Shown here piece by piece: positions 10,637-20,928 of a stretch of 64,000 nucleotides of DNA; positions within the stretch are counted from its first letter, which is position 1; each line of letters starts with the position of its first letter. The position numbers were made by a program, and so were the translations under genes. The notes below the pieces were generated by a model that was not told the origin of the DNA, did not search any database, and was given only the letters and a program-made list of their open reading frames with translations. This DNA is from an uncultured Gemmatimonadota bacterium (lineage in GTDB: Bacteria; SM23-81; DAOVCL01): positions 128,163 through 192,162 of the forward strand of contig CAZVGK010000002.1 in assembly GCA_964626665.1 (NCBI GenBank), read 5' to 3'.

Positions 10637-12004
10637 TTGGATCCTATTAATTTGCTTGTTGTTGAGGATGATGTGCTGATGAAGGATTTTATCTATCAGA
10701 CCTTGTCACAAGGTCCCTATGTTGTGGAAACCGCATCCAAGGGAGTAGAGGCCCAGAAGATGATCCAGAGAAAGTCTTATCATCTGGCGCTTCTCGATGT
10801 GAAATTGCCCGATCTCAGTGGGCTGGATCTCCTCTCCCAGTTAAAGAAACTCTCCCTCTCTACGGAGGTGGTGATGATGACCGCCTATGCCACCATCGAG
10901 GGAGCAGTCCAAGCAATGAAGATGGGGGCATCAAATTACCTTCGTAAACCGTTTTCAACTCAGGAGTTAGAGGCAACCGTAGAAAAGACATTGGATTATC
11001 GGAAACTTAAACAGGAGAATAGAAGGCTCAAGGGACAGTTGGACCTCCAATCTGGATATGGGATGATGGTGGGAAAGGACAAAAAGATACAGGATGTCTA
11101 CAAATTGATTGAGCTGGTAGCCCAAAGCCATTCTACGGTTCTCATCCAGGGGGAGAGTGGCACGGGAAAGGAGCTAGTGGCCAGGGCCATCCACCAGGTG
11201 AGCCCTCGCCGGGAGAGGTCATTTATCAGCATAAACTGCGCCGCTGTGCCCGATAACCTCTTAGAATCTGAGCTCTTCGGCCATGAGAAGGGGGCTTTCA
11301 CCGGGGCCATTTCCCGACGGAAGGGTAAATTCGAACTGGCCGATGAGGGGACCATCCTTTTAGACGAAATTGGGGAGATGAGCCTCGGCTTACAGGCGAA
11401 GTTACTGCGGGTTTTGCAGGAGTTCGAGTTCTATCGGGTGGGAGGTTCCGAACCCCTCAGGGTCAATGTGCGGGTAATAGCCACCACTAACCAGAATCTC
11501 CAGCAGGCAATAAAGGAGGGGAAATTTAGGGAGGATCTTTTCTTTAGGCTGAATGTGGTCAAGATCTCCCTTCCTCCTTTGCGGGAGAGGCGCAATGATA
11601 TTCCCCTTCTTGCTAAACATTTCCTAAGTAAATACAGGGACTTATATCACAAGGAAATGTCCTCTATCTCTAAGGAAGCGATGGAGATACTCCTTAAATA
11701 TGACTGGCCGGGCAATGTCAGAGAGTTGGAGAACCAGATGGAGAGAGCCGTTGTCCTCAACTCCACTCCAGAGGTGATGCCCGATCATCTTAGCCTCCAG
11801 TACAACCTCCGATTGGAAAAGGCCAACTCATTTTCCGGATTGGTAGGCCTTTCCCTGAGAGAGGTGGAGAAAAACCTTCTCCTGAAGACCTTGGAAGAAG
11901 GGGGCGGGAATCGAACCAGGACTGCCAAAGTATTGGGCATAACGGTTCGCACCCTGAGGAATAAGCTCAAGGAGTACAGAGAGGAGGGGTGGACGGGAAA
12001 ATAA
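10637..12004 (+). CDS. sigma54-dependent response regulator (NtrC family, FlgR/FleR-like)
   Basis: REC, GESGTGKE, GAFTGA, Fis-type HTH (LGITVRTLRNKL). Confidence 0.95.
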   Translation: MDPINLLVVEDDVLMKDFIYQTLSQGPYVVETASKGVEAQKMIQRKSYHLALLDVKLPDLSGLDLLSQLKKLSLSTEVVMMTAYATIEGAVQAMKMGASNYLRKPFSTQELEATVEKTLDYRKLKQENRRLKGQLDLQSGYGMMVGKDKKIQDVYKLIELVAQSHSTVLIQGESGTGKELVARAIHQVSPRRERSFISINCAAVPDNLLESELFGHEKGAFTGAISRRKGKFELADEGTILLDEIGEMSLGLQAKLLRVLQEFEFYRVGGSEPLRVNVRVIATTNQNLQQAIKEGKFREDLFFRLNVVKISLPPLRERRNDIPLLAKHFLSKYRDLYHKEMSSISKEAMEILLKYDWPGNVRELENQMERAVVLNSTPEVMPDHLSLQYNLRLEKANSFSGLVGLSLREVEKNLLLKTLEEGGGNRTRTAKVLGITVRTLRNKLKEYREEGWTGK

Positions 12005-12107
12005 GGCTATGTTGAGGAAAAATCTGCCGCAACCTTAGCCCCCGGAAGATCTGCGTTTTCCTAAACCCGTTCAGATGTTTAAGCCATTTTGGCTTATCGG
12101 ACCTTTT

Positions 12108-12123
12108 AGGTATGGTATTTGCA
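12108..12123 (+). promoter_or_regulatory. sigma54 -24/-12 promoter upstream of flgB
   Basis: AGGTATGGTATTTGCA, GG-N10-GC. Confidence 0.75.
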
Positions 12124-12413
12124 GGCAAAAAGAGTAAGATTCTAACCTTCCCGACACGGAACAAGCGGGGTAAAAAGAGGATCTGGTAGAACCTCGCTGA
12201 AATGAGAGCCTGTCAAGGATCGCATTTTGCGGCCTGAGCTATGCGGGCTCCGATAAGATCGGGCCTCACAGGATTCAATGGCCCCGTCTCTTTGTGGATG
12301 CTAACATCCAGCTCTTAGGGATCAGGCAAAATCTCTGACAACTGGTAACCGACAACTGTTTATAGGCTGAGAGCTGACCTTTGGTCCCCTTAAACTGCCT
12401 AAAGGAGGGAAAT

Positions 12414-12824
12414 TTGGGTGAATTCATCTTCAACGACCTCTCCATCCCCTGTTTGAAGCAGGGAATGGATGTCTATGCTTTAAGGCAAAGGGTAATAGCC
12501 AACAATATAGCCAACCTGACTACCCCCGGTTTCCATGCAGAGAAGGTTAAGTTTGAGGAGATGCTCTCCTCCCAGCTCAAGATGAGACTGGGGGTTAAGG
12601 GGAGAAGGACCGATCCCCATCACTTACCTATCGGCAAACGGGATATAAAGGGGGTTACGCCTCAGGTAGTGAAGGAGAGGACTGACTACTTCAATGGGGC
12701 CAACGATGTAAATGTCGACAGGGAGATGGCCAATTTGGCCCAAACAACAATAGCCTTCGATGCAGCAGCCAAACTCCTCTATGTAAAATACCAGATCCTG
12801 CAGAAAAGCATCAGGGGTAGGTAG
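12414..12824 (+). CDS. flgB: Flagellar basal-body rod protein FlgB
   Basis: RQRVIANNIANLTTPGF and NDVNVDREMA; TTG start after AAGGAGG. Confidence 0.93.
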   Translation: MGEFIFNDLSIPCLKQGMDVYALRQRVIANNIANLTTPGFHAEKVKFEEMLSSQLKMRLGVKGRRTDPHHLPIGKRDIKGVTPQVVKERTDYFNGANDVNVDREMANLAQTTIAFDAAAKLLYVKYQILQKSIRGR

Positions 12825-12869
12825 GAGAAGCTCTTGGTTAGAAAGAGCCTCGAATCTCTGGTGTAATCG

Positions 12870-14525
12870 ATGAGCAAAAAGGAGAAATTGAAGAGTTTAG
12901 TTGACCAGTTCTTAGAAGAGGCCTGGAAGGCAAACCCGGTTAAGGCTACCTCCCTGGGAATCCACAAATATGACAGTGAGTTAGGTAGTTTCAATAAGGA
13001 GGCTGTTTACGATAGGCTTAGCTCATTGAAAGGGTATGGCAGAAGGCTAAAAACCCAGATCGAGCAAGCCGATCTCGCTGCCGATGAGATCCTCGACTAT
13101 CGACTTCTGAAAAATGGAATTGATGAAGAGATACTAAATCTGGAGGTCATCAGGGATTGGGAGAGAAATCCAGGTTTCTATCTGGATTTAGCCCTTGATG
13201 GGTTGTTTTATCTCCTGGTGAGAGAATCTGTCTCCCTTCAAGAAAGGGCAGAGAACATAATATCCCGATTAGAAAAGATCCCTGAGCTCTTATCCAATGG
13301 TCAGAAAAATTTGGTCAACCCGCCGAGGGTTTTCACCCAAACGGCCATTGATGTTACCAAGGCAGGCCTAAAGTTTATCTCCACAGCTATACCTTCTTTG
13401 ACTAAAAGAACGAAGGGACTGGGGGCTCCCCTTCTGACTTCTCGGGAAAAGGCCCTGGTTGCATTTGAGAAGTATCTTAATTTCCTGGAGAATGAGCTCT
13501 ATCCCAAGGCCAGCGGCAGATTTGCCATTGGCAGGGAGGCTTTTATCTATCGCCTTAAATATGGACAAATGCTCGATTATACCCCAGAGGAGCTTTCGGA
13601 TCTGGCTCAATTCTACCTTGCAGAAACAGAAGAGAAGTTAAATGAATTAGCTAAGAAAATAGATCCCTATAAAAGCTGGCAGGAGATCTTCTTGGAGATG
13701 AAGGGAGAACACCCGGAAAGGGAGGAGGTGATCCCCTTTTATCGAGTCACGGTTAATAGAGCTCGTAGGTTCGTTATAGATGAAAATTTGGTCTCCATAC
13801 CCCAGAATGAGTGTTTAAAAATAGTTCCTACGCCGATATACCTTAGACCTACCCACCCCTACGCCGCTTACGAACCACCGGCTCCCTACGAAGCAGACCA
13901 GACAGGTTTTCTCTATGTCTCCCCGGTTGATGAAAACCTCCCTCCAGAGGAGCAAGAGGCTAAGCTTAGCTGGCCCGGAGTTTACGGAGTCGACTCTGTT
14001 GTAGCCCATGAAACTTATCCTGGGCATCATCTGCAACTTACCTTAGCCAACTCGATAAGCTCAAAGGTACGGAAGCATTTTACCACCTCACAATTTAAGG
14101 AGGGTTGGGCTCTCTATTGCGAGGAGATGATGGGAGAGCAAGGATTCTATTCCCGAAAAGCTCATATCTTTCAGTTATGGGCTCAATCTGTTAGGACGCT
14201 AAGGGTGCTTCTGGATGTGGGATTACATTGCTTTGAAATGGGGCTTTCCCAAGCAGAGGAAACCCTCAGGACTAAAGGAGTGATGGAAAGATCTGCCGCT
14301 GTCGCAGAGGTAAAACGGTATGCACTTAAGCCCACTCAACCATTGAGCTATTTAATTGGCAAATTGGAGATCTTGAAATTACGCAAGGAATATAGTAGGA
14401 AAGTTGGTAGAGGATTCAATCCAAAGGATTTCCATAGTAGATTGCTCAGTTTCGGTTCAATCCCTTTGAGATTGATTCGGGAGGGGTTAATTGGCAAGAC
14501 GGAAAGAAATATTGAAAACATCTAG
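12870..14525 (+). CDS. DUF885 family protein (putative metallopeptidase)
   Basis: HETYPGHHLQ, EGWALYCE, PTQPLSYLIG motifs. Confidence 0.9.
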   Translation: MSKKEKLKSLVDQFLEEAWKANPVKATSLGIHKYDSELGSFNKEAVYDRLSSLKGYGRRLKTQIEQADLAADEILDYRLLKNGIDEEILNLEVIRDWERNPGFYLDLALDGLFYLLVRESVSLQERAENIISRLEKIPELLSNGQKNLVNPPRVFTQTAIDVTKAGLKFISTAIPSLTKRTKGLGAPLLTSREKALVAFEKYLNFLENELYPKASGRFAIGREAFIYRLKYGQMLDYTPEELSDLAQFYLAETEEKLNELAKKIDPYKSWQEIFLEMKGEHPEREEVIPFYRVTVNRARRFVIDENLVSIPQNECLKIVPTPIYLRPTHPYAAYEPPAPYEADQTGFLYVSPVDENLPPEEQEAKLSWPGVYGVDSVVAHETYPGHHLQLTLANSISSKVRKHFTTSQFKEGWALYCEEMMGEQGFYSRKAHIFQLWAQSVRTLRVLLDVGLHCFEMGLSQAEETLRTKGVMERSAAVAEVKRYALKPTQPLSYLIGKLEILKLRKEYSRKVGRGFNPKDFHSRLLSFGSIPLRLIREGLIGKTERNIENI

Positions 14526-16048
14526 ATATTCTTGACTTCCTTTCTCTCCTTTTCCAGTTCCTTTATCCTCCTCTCTGCTGGTCCCTTTCGGTCTAAGCCG
14601 AACCTCAATCTGAGTTCTTTCATCTTCATAACTGCCTCATAGCTCACATCTACGATCTCCTCTCGGCTCATCGACTCTGTCTCATAGTTAAGCATCAGCT
14701 TCCATTCGGGACTTGTGATTGCCTCTATATGATCCTCTAAACTCCTGAAGAGAAGCCTGTAACCATACCTCTCTGGATTCTCAAAGGCTGGGCTGCCCGG
14801 GTCAATAAATGGTTCCAGTGGGGCAATTACTGGCTCTATCCTCTGGGGATACCTCTTTTTATATCTTTCCAGAAGGGTTTCTGCATAATCGATGGTCTGG
14901 TGGACCGATTTGCGGGTTTGGTGGGGCAGCCCGATCATAAAAAACAGTTGAACCTTTGCCGCCCCCGCCTTCAATGCATTTTTGATGGTCTCCTCTAAGC
15001 TCTCATTGCTGTAATTTTTCCCAAAGAACTTTCTTATTCTCTCATCGTGGGTTTCTGGGGAGAGTGAGATGACAAATCTGGGGGTGGCTGAACCTATCTT
15101 CTTGAGGAATTCCAACTTTGCTCCCCAGAAAAGCTCATACTTCACCCTGTTTTTAACCCTCTTTTTCCTGATTGCTTCAAGTAACTCCTCTGAGTTGCCC
15201 ATCCTGATGTCTCCATAAAGGACGATATCAAATGGTGAAAAGTGGCTAATGATATCCATCTCTTTGGCTATGATCTGAGGGCTTCTCTGGCCTATCTTCT
15301 TTCTTCCCAGGGCCCAATTTGATCCTCCACAAGTTACACACCTTAAGAGACAGCCTCGACAGGTGATAAGAGCGCTGGCAAATTTCATTGGCCACCTGGT
15401 TCCGGTAAGGAGGTTGCCCCTCAGGTCCCTATATTTAAATATTGATTTTAAAAGGCTTTTGTAGTTAATCATAATATGCAATTCTTCTGGCAGATAAGAG
15501 AAGGGATTGGTGTGGGTTTTGTCATTTTCCTTCCAGGTCAGATTGGGAACCCGGTGGGGAGATTTGCCGCTTTCGATACATCGCAAAAGTTCAAGTAATG
15601 GCCCTTCAGTGGAATCACCTCTGAGCACATAATCAACAAACGGATATTTGATCAAATCACGGTGATAATAGGATGCCGATAGCCCTCCGAGGATCATCGG
15701 GGTCTGGGGATGAACTCTCTTCACTATTTTGGCCACCTCCAAGCTCCCCTGGGCATGGACCAACCAGTGTAAGTCAAGGCCAAAGGCCATAGGATCAAGC
15801 CCCCTGATGAATTTCTCCACAGCGAATTTAGGATGACCCTTCATCTTAACGGCTAAGTTGACAATCCGTACGGAGAAGCCGTTTCTCTCCAAGAAATCCA
15901 TTATACTCAGGAATCCGATAGGGAAATACTCAAAGATAGGGGAACTGGCAATGGTTCCACCAATTAACCCCCAATTTGTCCTCTTCTGGCGGAAGTCATA
16001 GAGACTGGGAGGATGAAGCAAGATCAGGTGAGGCGATTTTCCTTTCAT
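14522..16048 (-). CDS. B12-binding radical SAM protein (TIGR04190/Ta0216-like)
   Basis: LILLHPPSLYDFR, DLHWLVHAQG, CxxxCxxC (CLLRCVTC); start trimmed to MKGKSP. Confidence 0.85.
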   Translation of the reverse strand: MKGKSPHLILLHPPSLYDFRQKRTNWGLIGGTIASSPIFEYFPIGFLSIMDFLERNGFSVRIVNLAVKMKGHPKFAVEKFIRGLDPMAFGLDLHWLVHAQGSLEVAKIVKRVHPQTPMILGGLSASYYHRDLIKYPFVDYVLRGDSTEGPLLELLRCIESGKSPHRVPNLTWKENDKTHTNPFSYLPEELHIMINYKSLLKSIFKYRDLRGNLLTGTRWPMKFASALITCRGCLLRCVTCGGSNWALGRKKIGQRSPQIIAKEMDIISHFSPFDIVLYGDIRMGNSEELLEAIRKKRVKNRVKYELFWGAKLEFLKKIGSATPRFVISLSPETHDERIRKFFGKNYSNESLEETIKNALKAGAAKVQLFFMIGLPHQTRKSVHQTIDYAETLLERYKKRYPQRIEPVIAPLEPFIDPGSPAFENPERYGYRLLFRSLEDHIEAITSPEWKLMLNYETESMSREEIVDVSYEAVMKMKELRLRFGLDRKGPAERRIKELEKERKEVKNI

Positions 16049-16215
16049 TGTAGCTATCCTTTCATATTCAGGGCCAAACCGAATTTCAGGGGGTATGGAG
16101 CTCCTGACGAAAGATAACCTACATTGCCATTTTGTCAAGCTCTTTGGGCTCCTTGGATCTTCAGGTAGTTAACCTTTGACATTTTGGAATTTCTCAGAGA
16201 ATTCGAAGCATCCTG

Positions 16216-16360
16216 ATGAGACCCACCAGGTTATTGAGGCAAGCGAGAACGACAGGAATTCTGTAAAAGTGACCACCCATCCTACGGCACACCATTACAT
16301 CTCCCCCCTGGACCATTAGGAAATTATCGGGCCACACTCTACCGGCCCTCGCTTGCCTCT
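16216..16360 (-). ncRNA. Candidate structured non-coding element, copy 1
   Basis: Homologous to 22266-22416; closing stem GAGGCAAGCGAGGGC/GUUCUCGCUUGCCUC; differences are G-U compatible on the minus strand. Confidence 0.5.
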
Positions 16361-16408
16361 TCTCCATCAACTTAGTCCTTGACAAATCAGACGAGCTTCC
16401 CTATCTTT

Positions 16409-16443
16409 AAAAAGCAAAGGCCACCGTTGCTGGTGACCTCTGC
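16409..16443 (-). terminator. Intrinsic terminator after the secreted protease gene
   Basis: GCAGAGGTCACC-AGCAAC-GGTGGCCTTTGC-TTTTT. Confidence 0.75.
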
Positions 16444-16467
16444 GCCCAAGCCGGATCTGGGTCGGGG

Positions 16468-19400
16468 CTATCGCAAGAGCAACATCTTCCTGGTGAAGAT
16501 GTAATCACCCGCCCGGATCCGGTAAAAGTAAATTCCACTGGCCAGACTTTTCCCTTTAGCACTTCTTCCATCCCAGGTGACCCTGTGGATTCCCGCCTCC
16601 TTTTGCCCATCTACCAAGGTAACTACCCTTTGACCGAGCAAATTATAAACCTCCATTTTGACATAGACGCGGTGGGAGATGCAGTATTCTATGTTAGTCG
16701 CCGAGTTGAACGGATCTGGATAATTCTGACCCAAGGAGAAAGTAATTGGCTGTTGATTCTGAGGGTGGGTTTCCACCTCCGTCTCCTCTACTACCTCGAA
16801 TACCCCATCAACCAAGGTTGGGCGATCCACAGGACTGTTGTCATAGCTGGCCAGGTCGTTAAAGTAGTATCGGGACTGGTCAAATACAACGGGGTAATCT
16901 CCCAATGGAGCATCAGGCGAGATGGTGAACACCACCTTAGCTATAGGACCAGATCCTATAGGCATTGGATAGCAGGTATCTGAACTCCAGTCCTCATAAA
17001 TGCCCAAGACATTGACCACTCCAGAATCAATTCGGACTGAAAAGATTTTAAACGAATCCGTGCGAGTGGTGCGTTCCACCCTGGTAGCAGTTAGTATTGA
17101 GCTGTCAAAGGCAATCTGGAAATCAAATGCCGCAAGCACAAAGGAGTTGACCAAGGAGACAGGTAGAACAATCCCTGTATCCCCTGGAGAGCCCGTGGCA
17201 CCTTCCACTATCAGGCTATCCTTATCGCTGGGATCACCCATCATAGCAAGGCTCCCAGAGGATTTCTCCTCCTGAGGGGGGCCGACTGAACCATTGATGA
17301 TATTCACCAGATAACAAAGGTCAGCAATAGTCCAGTAATGTCCATCTCCATTCAGATCAGAGGCAATTTCCTGCTCCTCATCTGGACAGTCATCATCGGC
17401 AATATCAATGTGTTCCTTAATATATTCTATCCAAAACACAGCATCATCAACTGTATATGCCTGCCTATCACAGTTCACATCGCTCAGGATATATGGGTAT
17501 TCGGGAATGCCATGTGCCGCCCAAAGATTCCTCATCGCCTCCGAAGCACCATATATATCAGACCAGCCCGTGCAGAATTGCCTGATGTTGTAGGGGTTGT
17601 GGTCGTTAACCTTGAATACATCCAGGACAGACCATATCGTTAAGTAGATCTCGCTAACCCCCACATCATTATTGCAGTCATCCACATCGTCATCAGAGTC
17701 ATACATATCCCACAAAAGGGCAGTTACCTGGGCCTCGATGCTGTCACCGGGAAGTGGACAGGGTTCGGTTCTGCCACTGGGACAGGGCTCACCCACCGGC
17801 ATCAGAGTGTCACAGCAGTTCTCACCGTTCATACAATAATAGAACCCCTCATTTGCCATTCTATTCAAAAATCGCGGATCATCATTAACCGCCATACTGA
17901 AGAAGTTGGCCCATCCCTCACAGTATGCACTGTTTGGATGTTGAGGCTTAGACCAATAGTGAGTTCCACCAATATGGGGAGGAATACTACTACCCCCATA
18001 CCCGAACATAACATAGTGACCATATTCATGATAGATCGCGTTCTCATCCCATTGATCCTCATCTCCGGCATCAGAACGAATCGTTATCACGCGGTCACTT
18101 AGTCTATATCCGCTCCCGTGGATTTCTGGCCCCCACTCAACCTCAACCCTATCCGGCGGTGTCCCGATGGTGGCAAAATCTCTGGCGATCCCGGTTGTCC
18201 GACAGATGTTTAGCGCCGAAGAGATATTCCAGTCCGACTCACAAGTCCAGGTTCCCCAGTCTAAAATGTCATTGTCAGGGATTAACTGGGCAACATTTTC
18301 GCAATAAACATACCTCCCCCAGACATGGTCATGATCGTCATTTACAAAGACATCAGCCGCTTCTGCCTGTGAGATAATCCAAACCTGGACGTAGCAAATG
18401 TTAACATTCTCAAATGTCCAATGGCCGGTGTTGTCGGTATAAGTCACCTCTACCTGTTCACCAGTATCACCATCAATCAACCTGATCTGAGTATTGGGAC
18501 AGACCCGGGTATCTCCTGGTTCTTTCCCATAAACATATTGGTAAATACCATGCAGAGAAAAGTTGGCGATAACCCGCACACTTCCTCCATAATAATCCTG
18601 TCCTCCGTAGGATGCCCAGATTTCTCCTGTTCCCGCAGAGCTCCCAGCGTTGAGTATGGCCTTGTGAGTAGTAAGATTCTCCTCCACGCTTCCTAAACTG
18701 GATGGCGTTACCCACCAACTATCCATATCCACCACATTCCCCCATTGATCTTCAAACCAGAATTCTACGGCGGATGGATGGTTGACAACAGCCTGGATGT
18801 CATAGCTCCCCTTGGGAGATGACTCATTCAGCTTGAGGGGTATCCCGATGCCCGGGTTCTTTTTTCTCCATAGTTCATGCGATAAGCTATCATACTCCTG
18901 CTGCAGGCTGTCCAGGAGAGCGCTGAGGCTGTCTTGGTCAACAGAGTCACAAGGAGCTATTTCCCTGCCCTTGGCATCAAGTCGCGGGGCAACATTAAGC
19001 AAGGGCGGTCCCCACCTAACCCCAGGGGGATGCCCACTTGTGTCCTTTGGCACCTTACCCTCCTCAACCTCTTTCAGCTCCTTCTTCAGTTCCTCAATCG
19101 CCTTCTTGATCATCTTAACCCTGGGGTCCGGAGCACCCTTAACCTTGATCTGGATTACTTTATCACCAAATCCAGAGACGGAATACTTTTTTTCTCCACT
19201 GGGATAATAACCCTTAACATCGAAATAACCATAGCATAGAAAGCGTTCCCTCTCGACCGGTTTAATCACAATCTCTCGTACAACAGTTTCACCCATGCCT
19301 GCAGCCCCGCTCCAAAGGGTATCCCCGCTTATGACTTCCATTCCTCCTGGTATTTTAAATCTGATAGTTGCCTTTTCTGCCACCAGTCTGCCGCCCGCTG

Positions 19401-19629
19401 AACATTCCAACCGAAGGGTTACCTCCTCATTTAAGTCGGGATTTATCTCTGTGGCAAAAAGTTTGATCTCAGGCCCTGTGCTTGAGCCTCCTATATCAGA
19501 ATAGGGAAACTTGGGATTGGTAGTGGCAGTGTCGGAATTGGAGGTCTCAGAAGTGATGATTGTAGCCAGGGTTTGCACTGACAATACCAGTGCAAACAGG
19601 ACGATCAATAAGTTTAAGACCCGTTTCAT
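16468..19629 (-). CDS. Secreted multidomain zinc metalloprotease-like protein (signal peptide, N-terminal module, HExxH domain, dockerin-like, cohesin-like, FlgD-Ig/T9SS-type C-terminal domain)
   Basis: MKRVLNL signal; YHEYGH...CEGWANF; DVNCD/DLNGDG pair; QNYPDPFN...WDG...SGIYFYR tail. Confidence 0.85.
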   Translation of the reverse strand: MKRVLNLLIVLFALVLSVQTLATIITSETSNSDTATTNPKFPYSDIGGSSTGPEIKLFATEINPDLNEEVTLRLECSAGGRLVAEKATIRFKIPGGMEVISGDTLWSGAAGMGETVVREIVIKPVERERFLCYGYFDVKGYYPSGEKKYSVSGFGDKVIQIKVKGAPDPRVKMIKKAIEELKKELKEVEEGKVPKDTSGHPPGVRWGPPLLNVAPRLDAKGREIAPCDSVDQDSLSALLDSLQQEYDSLSHELWRKKNPGIGIPLKLNESSPKGSYDIQAVVNHPSAVEFWFEDQWGNVVDMDSWWVTPSSLGSVEENLTTHKAILNAGSSAGTGEIWASYGGQDYYGGSVRVIANFSLHGIYQYVYGKEPGDTRVCPNTQIRLIDGDTGEQVEVTYTDNTGHWTFENVNICYVQVWIISQAEAADVFVNDDHDHVWGRYVYCENVAQLIPDNDILDWGTWTCESDWNISSALNICRTTGIARDFATIGTPPDRVEVEWGPEIHGSGYRLSDRVITIRSDAGDEDQWDENAIYHEYGHYVMFGYGGSSIPPHIGGTHYWSKPQHPNSAYCEGWANFFSMAVNDDPRFLNRMANEGFYYCMNGENCCDTLMPVGEPCPSGRTEPCPLPGDSIEAQVTALLWDMYDSDDDVDDCNNDVGVSEIYLTIWSVLDVFKVNDHNPYNIRQFCTGWSDIYGASEAMRNLWAAHGIPEYPYILSDVNCDRQAYTVDDAVFWIEYIKEHIDIADDDCPDEEQEIASDLNGDGHYWTIADLCYLVNIINGSVGPPQEEKSSGSLAMMGDPSDKDSLIVEGATGSPGDTGIVLPVSLVNSFVLAAFDFQIAFDSSILTATRVERTTRTDSFKIFSVRIDSGVVNVLGIYEDWSSDTCYPMPIGSGPIAKVVFTISPDAPLGDYPVVFDQSRYYFNDLASYDNSPVDRPTLVDGVFEVVEETEVETHPQNQQPITFSLGQNYPDPFNSATNIEYCISHRVYVKMEVYNLLGQRVVTLVDGQKEAGIHRVTWDGRSAKGKSLASGIYFYRIRAGDYIFTRKMLLLR

Positions 19630-19649
19630 TTCAAACACCTCTTTCCTTT

Positions 19650-19712
19650 CTAAAAGGTTAACAACCCTGGATACCCTGATTGAGCATCCGCTACCTCCTT
19701 GAGCTTCTCCAT
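19650..19712 (-). CDS. 20-aa upstream ORF MEKLKEVADAQSGYPGLLTF (copy 1)
   Basis: AAAGGAGG RBS and ATG; frame and length conserved in three copies. Confidence 0.45.
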   Translation of the reverse strand: MEKLKEVADAQSGYPGLLTF

Positions 19713-19851
19713 CCACACCTCCTTTCAATTGAGAGTTTAAGGTTTACTTTTCCTTTTGATTTACAAACCAGATAATTACAAAGTGTTCTTATAGTTGCTC
19801 TATCTATGAAGCTCTTCTCTTAAAAATACAGGATATTTATTGATGTTCTCT

Positions 19852-20706
19852 TTAAGATTTAAGGAACTGTGTTCTTTTGACTTTACCCTCTCCTACCGCC
19901 TGGAGATCATAGCTCCCCTTGGGAGATGACTCATTAAGCTTGAGGGGTATCCCGATGCCCGGGTTCTTCTTCCTGTATAGTTCATGCGATAAGCTATCAT
20001 ACTCCTGCTGCAAGCTATCCAGGATAGCTCTCAAGCTATCAGGGATAAGAGTATCAGCGGGGACTACTTCCACTCCGCTGGGGGTAAGCTTTGGAGCGCC
20101 AAATAAGGGCTCGACAATTCTAAACCCAGGGGGATGCCCACTTGTGTCCTTTGGCACCTTACCCTCCTCAACCTCCTTCAGCTCCTTCTTCAACTCCTCA
20201 ATCGCCTTTTTGATCATCTTTATCCTGGGATCCGGTGTGCCTTTAACAATAAAATCTAGTGAGCGACACTCTGCAAGTCCCCGCTTTCCTTCTGAAAAGA
20301 CAAATCCCCCAAAGATCCGGAAACGCCGTCTTTGGGTTGGTTTTACCACGAGTTCTCTAACTGCCTTTCCCCCCTTCTCCATATTAACTGTCCAAACAGT
20401 GTCATTGCTTACAACTTCAACCCACGAAGGAATCCTGTAAAACAGAATAGTTGAGTTTGGGGCATTAATAAGAGGGCTGCATTCGAGTCTAAAAGTAATT
20501 AGCTCATTAAGATCAACCTCCATTTTCGCTCTATCTGCAGAAAGCTTAATTTGTACTGGGGCCACCTGCATTTCACCGCCACCACTATCTACATAAACAA
20601 ACTCGGTTTGGCTCTTTTTCTCCGTTGAAATCCCATCAAGTGCCAGGGTAGCCTGCACTGGAAAAAACAGTACTACCAATATGATTACCACCAAGACCCG
20701 TTTCAT
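19852..20706 (-). CDS. Secreted protein, stand-alone paralogue of the protease N-terminal module
   Basis: Signal peptide; shares PDPR.K..KKAIEELKKE...KDTSGHPPG...LDSLQQEYDSL...KLNESSPKGSYD with the gene at 19629. Confidence 0.8.
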   Translation of the reverse strand: MKRVLVVIILVVLFFPVQATLALDGISTEKKSQTEFVYVDSGGGEMQVAPVQIKLSADRAKMEVDLNELITFRLECSPLINAPNSTILFYRIPSWVEVVSNDTVWTVNMEKGGKAVRELVVKPTQRRRFRIFGGFVFSEGKRGLAECRSLDFIVKGTPDPRIKMIKKAIEELKKELKEVEEGKVPKDTSGHPPGFRIVEPLFGAPKLTPSGVEVVPADTLIPDSLRAILDSLQQEYDSLSHELYRKKNPGIGIPLKLNESSPKGSYDLQAVGEGKVKRTQFLKS

Positions 20707-20726
20707 CTTAAACACCTCTTTCCTTT

Positions 20727-20789
20727 CTAAAAGGTTAACAACCCTGGATACCCTGATTGAGCATCCGCTACCTCCTTGAGCTTCTCCAT
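20727..20789 (-). CDS. 20-aa upstream ORF (copy 2)
   Basis: Identical to 19650-19712. Confidence 0.45.
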   Translation of the reverse strand: MEKLKEVADAQSGYPGLLTF

Positions 20790-20928
20790 CCACACCTCCT
20801 TTCAATTGAGAGTTTAAGGTTTACTTTTCCTTTTGATTTACAAACCAGATAATTACAAAGTGTTCTTATAGTTGCTCTATCTATGAAGCTCTTCTCTTAA
20901 AAATACAGGATATTTATTGATGTTCTCT

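Noticed and set aside
16216-16360. 6S RNA or lysine riboswitch identity for the repeated element
   Set aside because: Only superficial resemblance (long closing stem, GUAGAG start); length, duplication and internal motifs do not fit. An Rfam search is needed to exclude these formally.
19630-19728. N-terminal extension MKGGVDGEAQ... in the ORF track (also 20707-20805)
   Set aside because: Signal peptides and RBS point to starts at 19629 and 20706; the region is leader/uORF.
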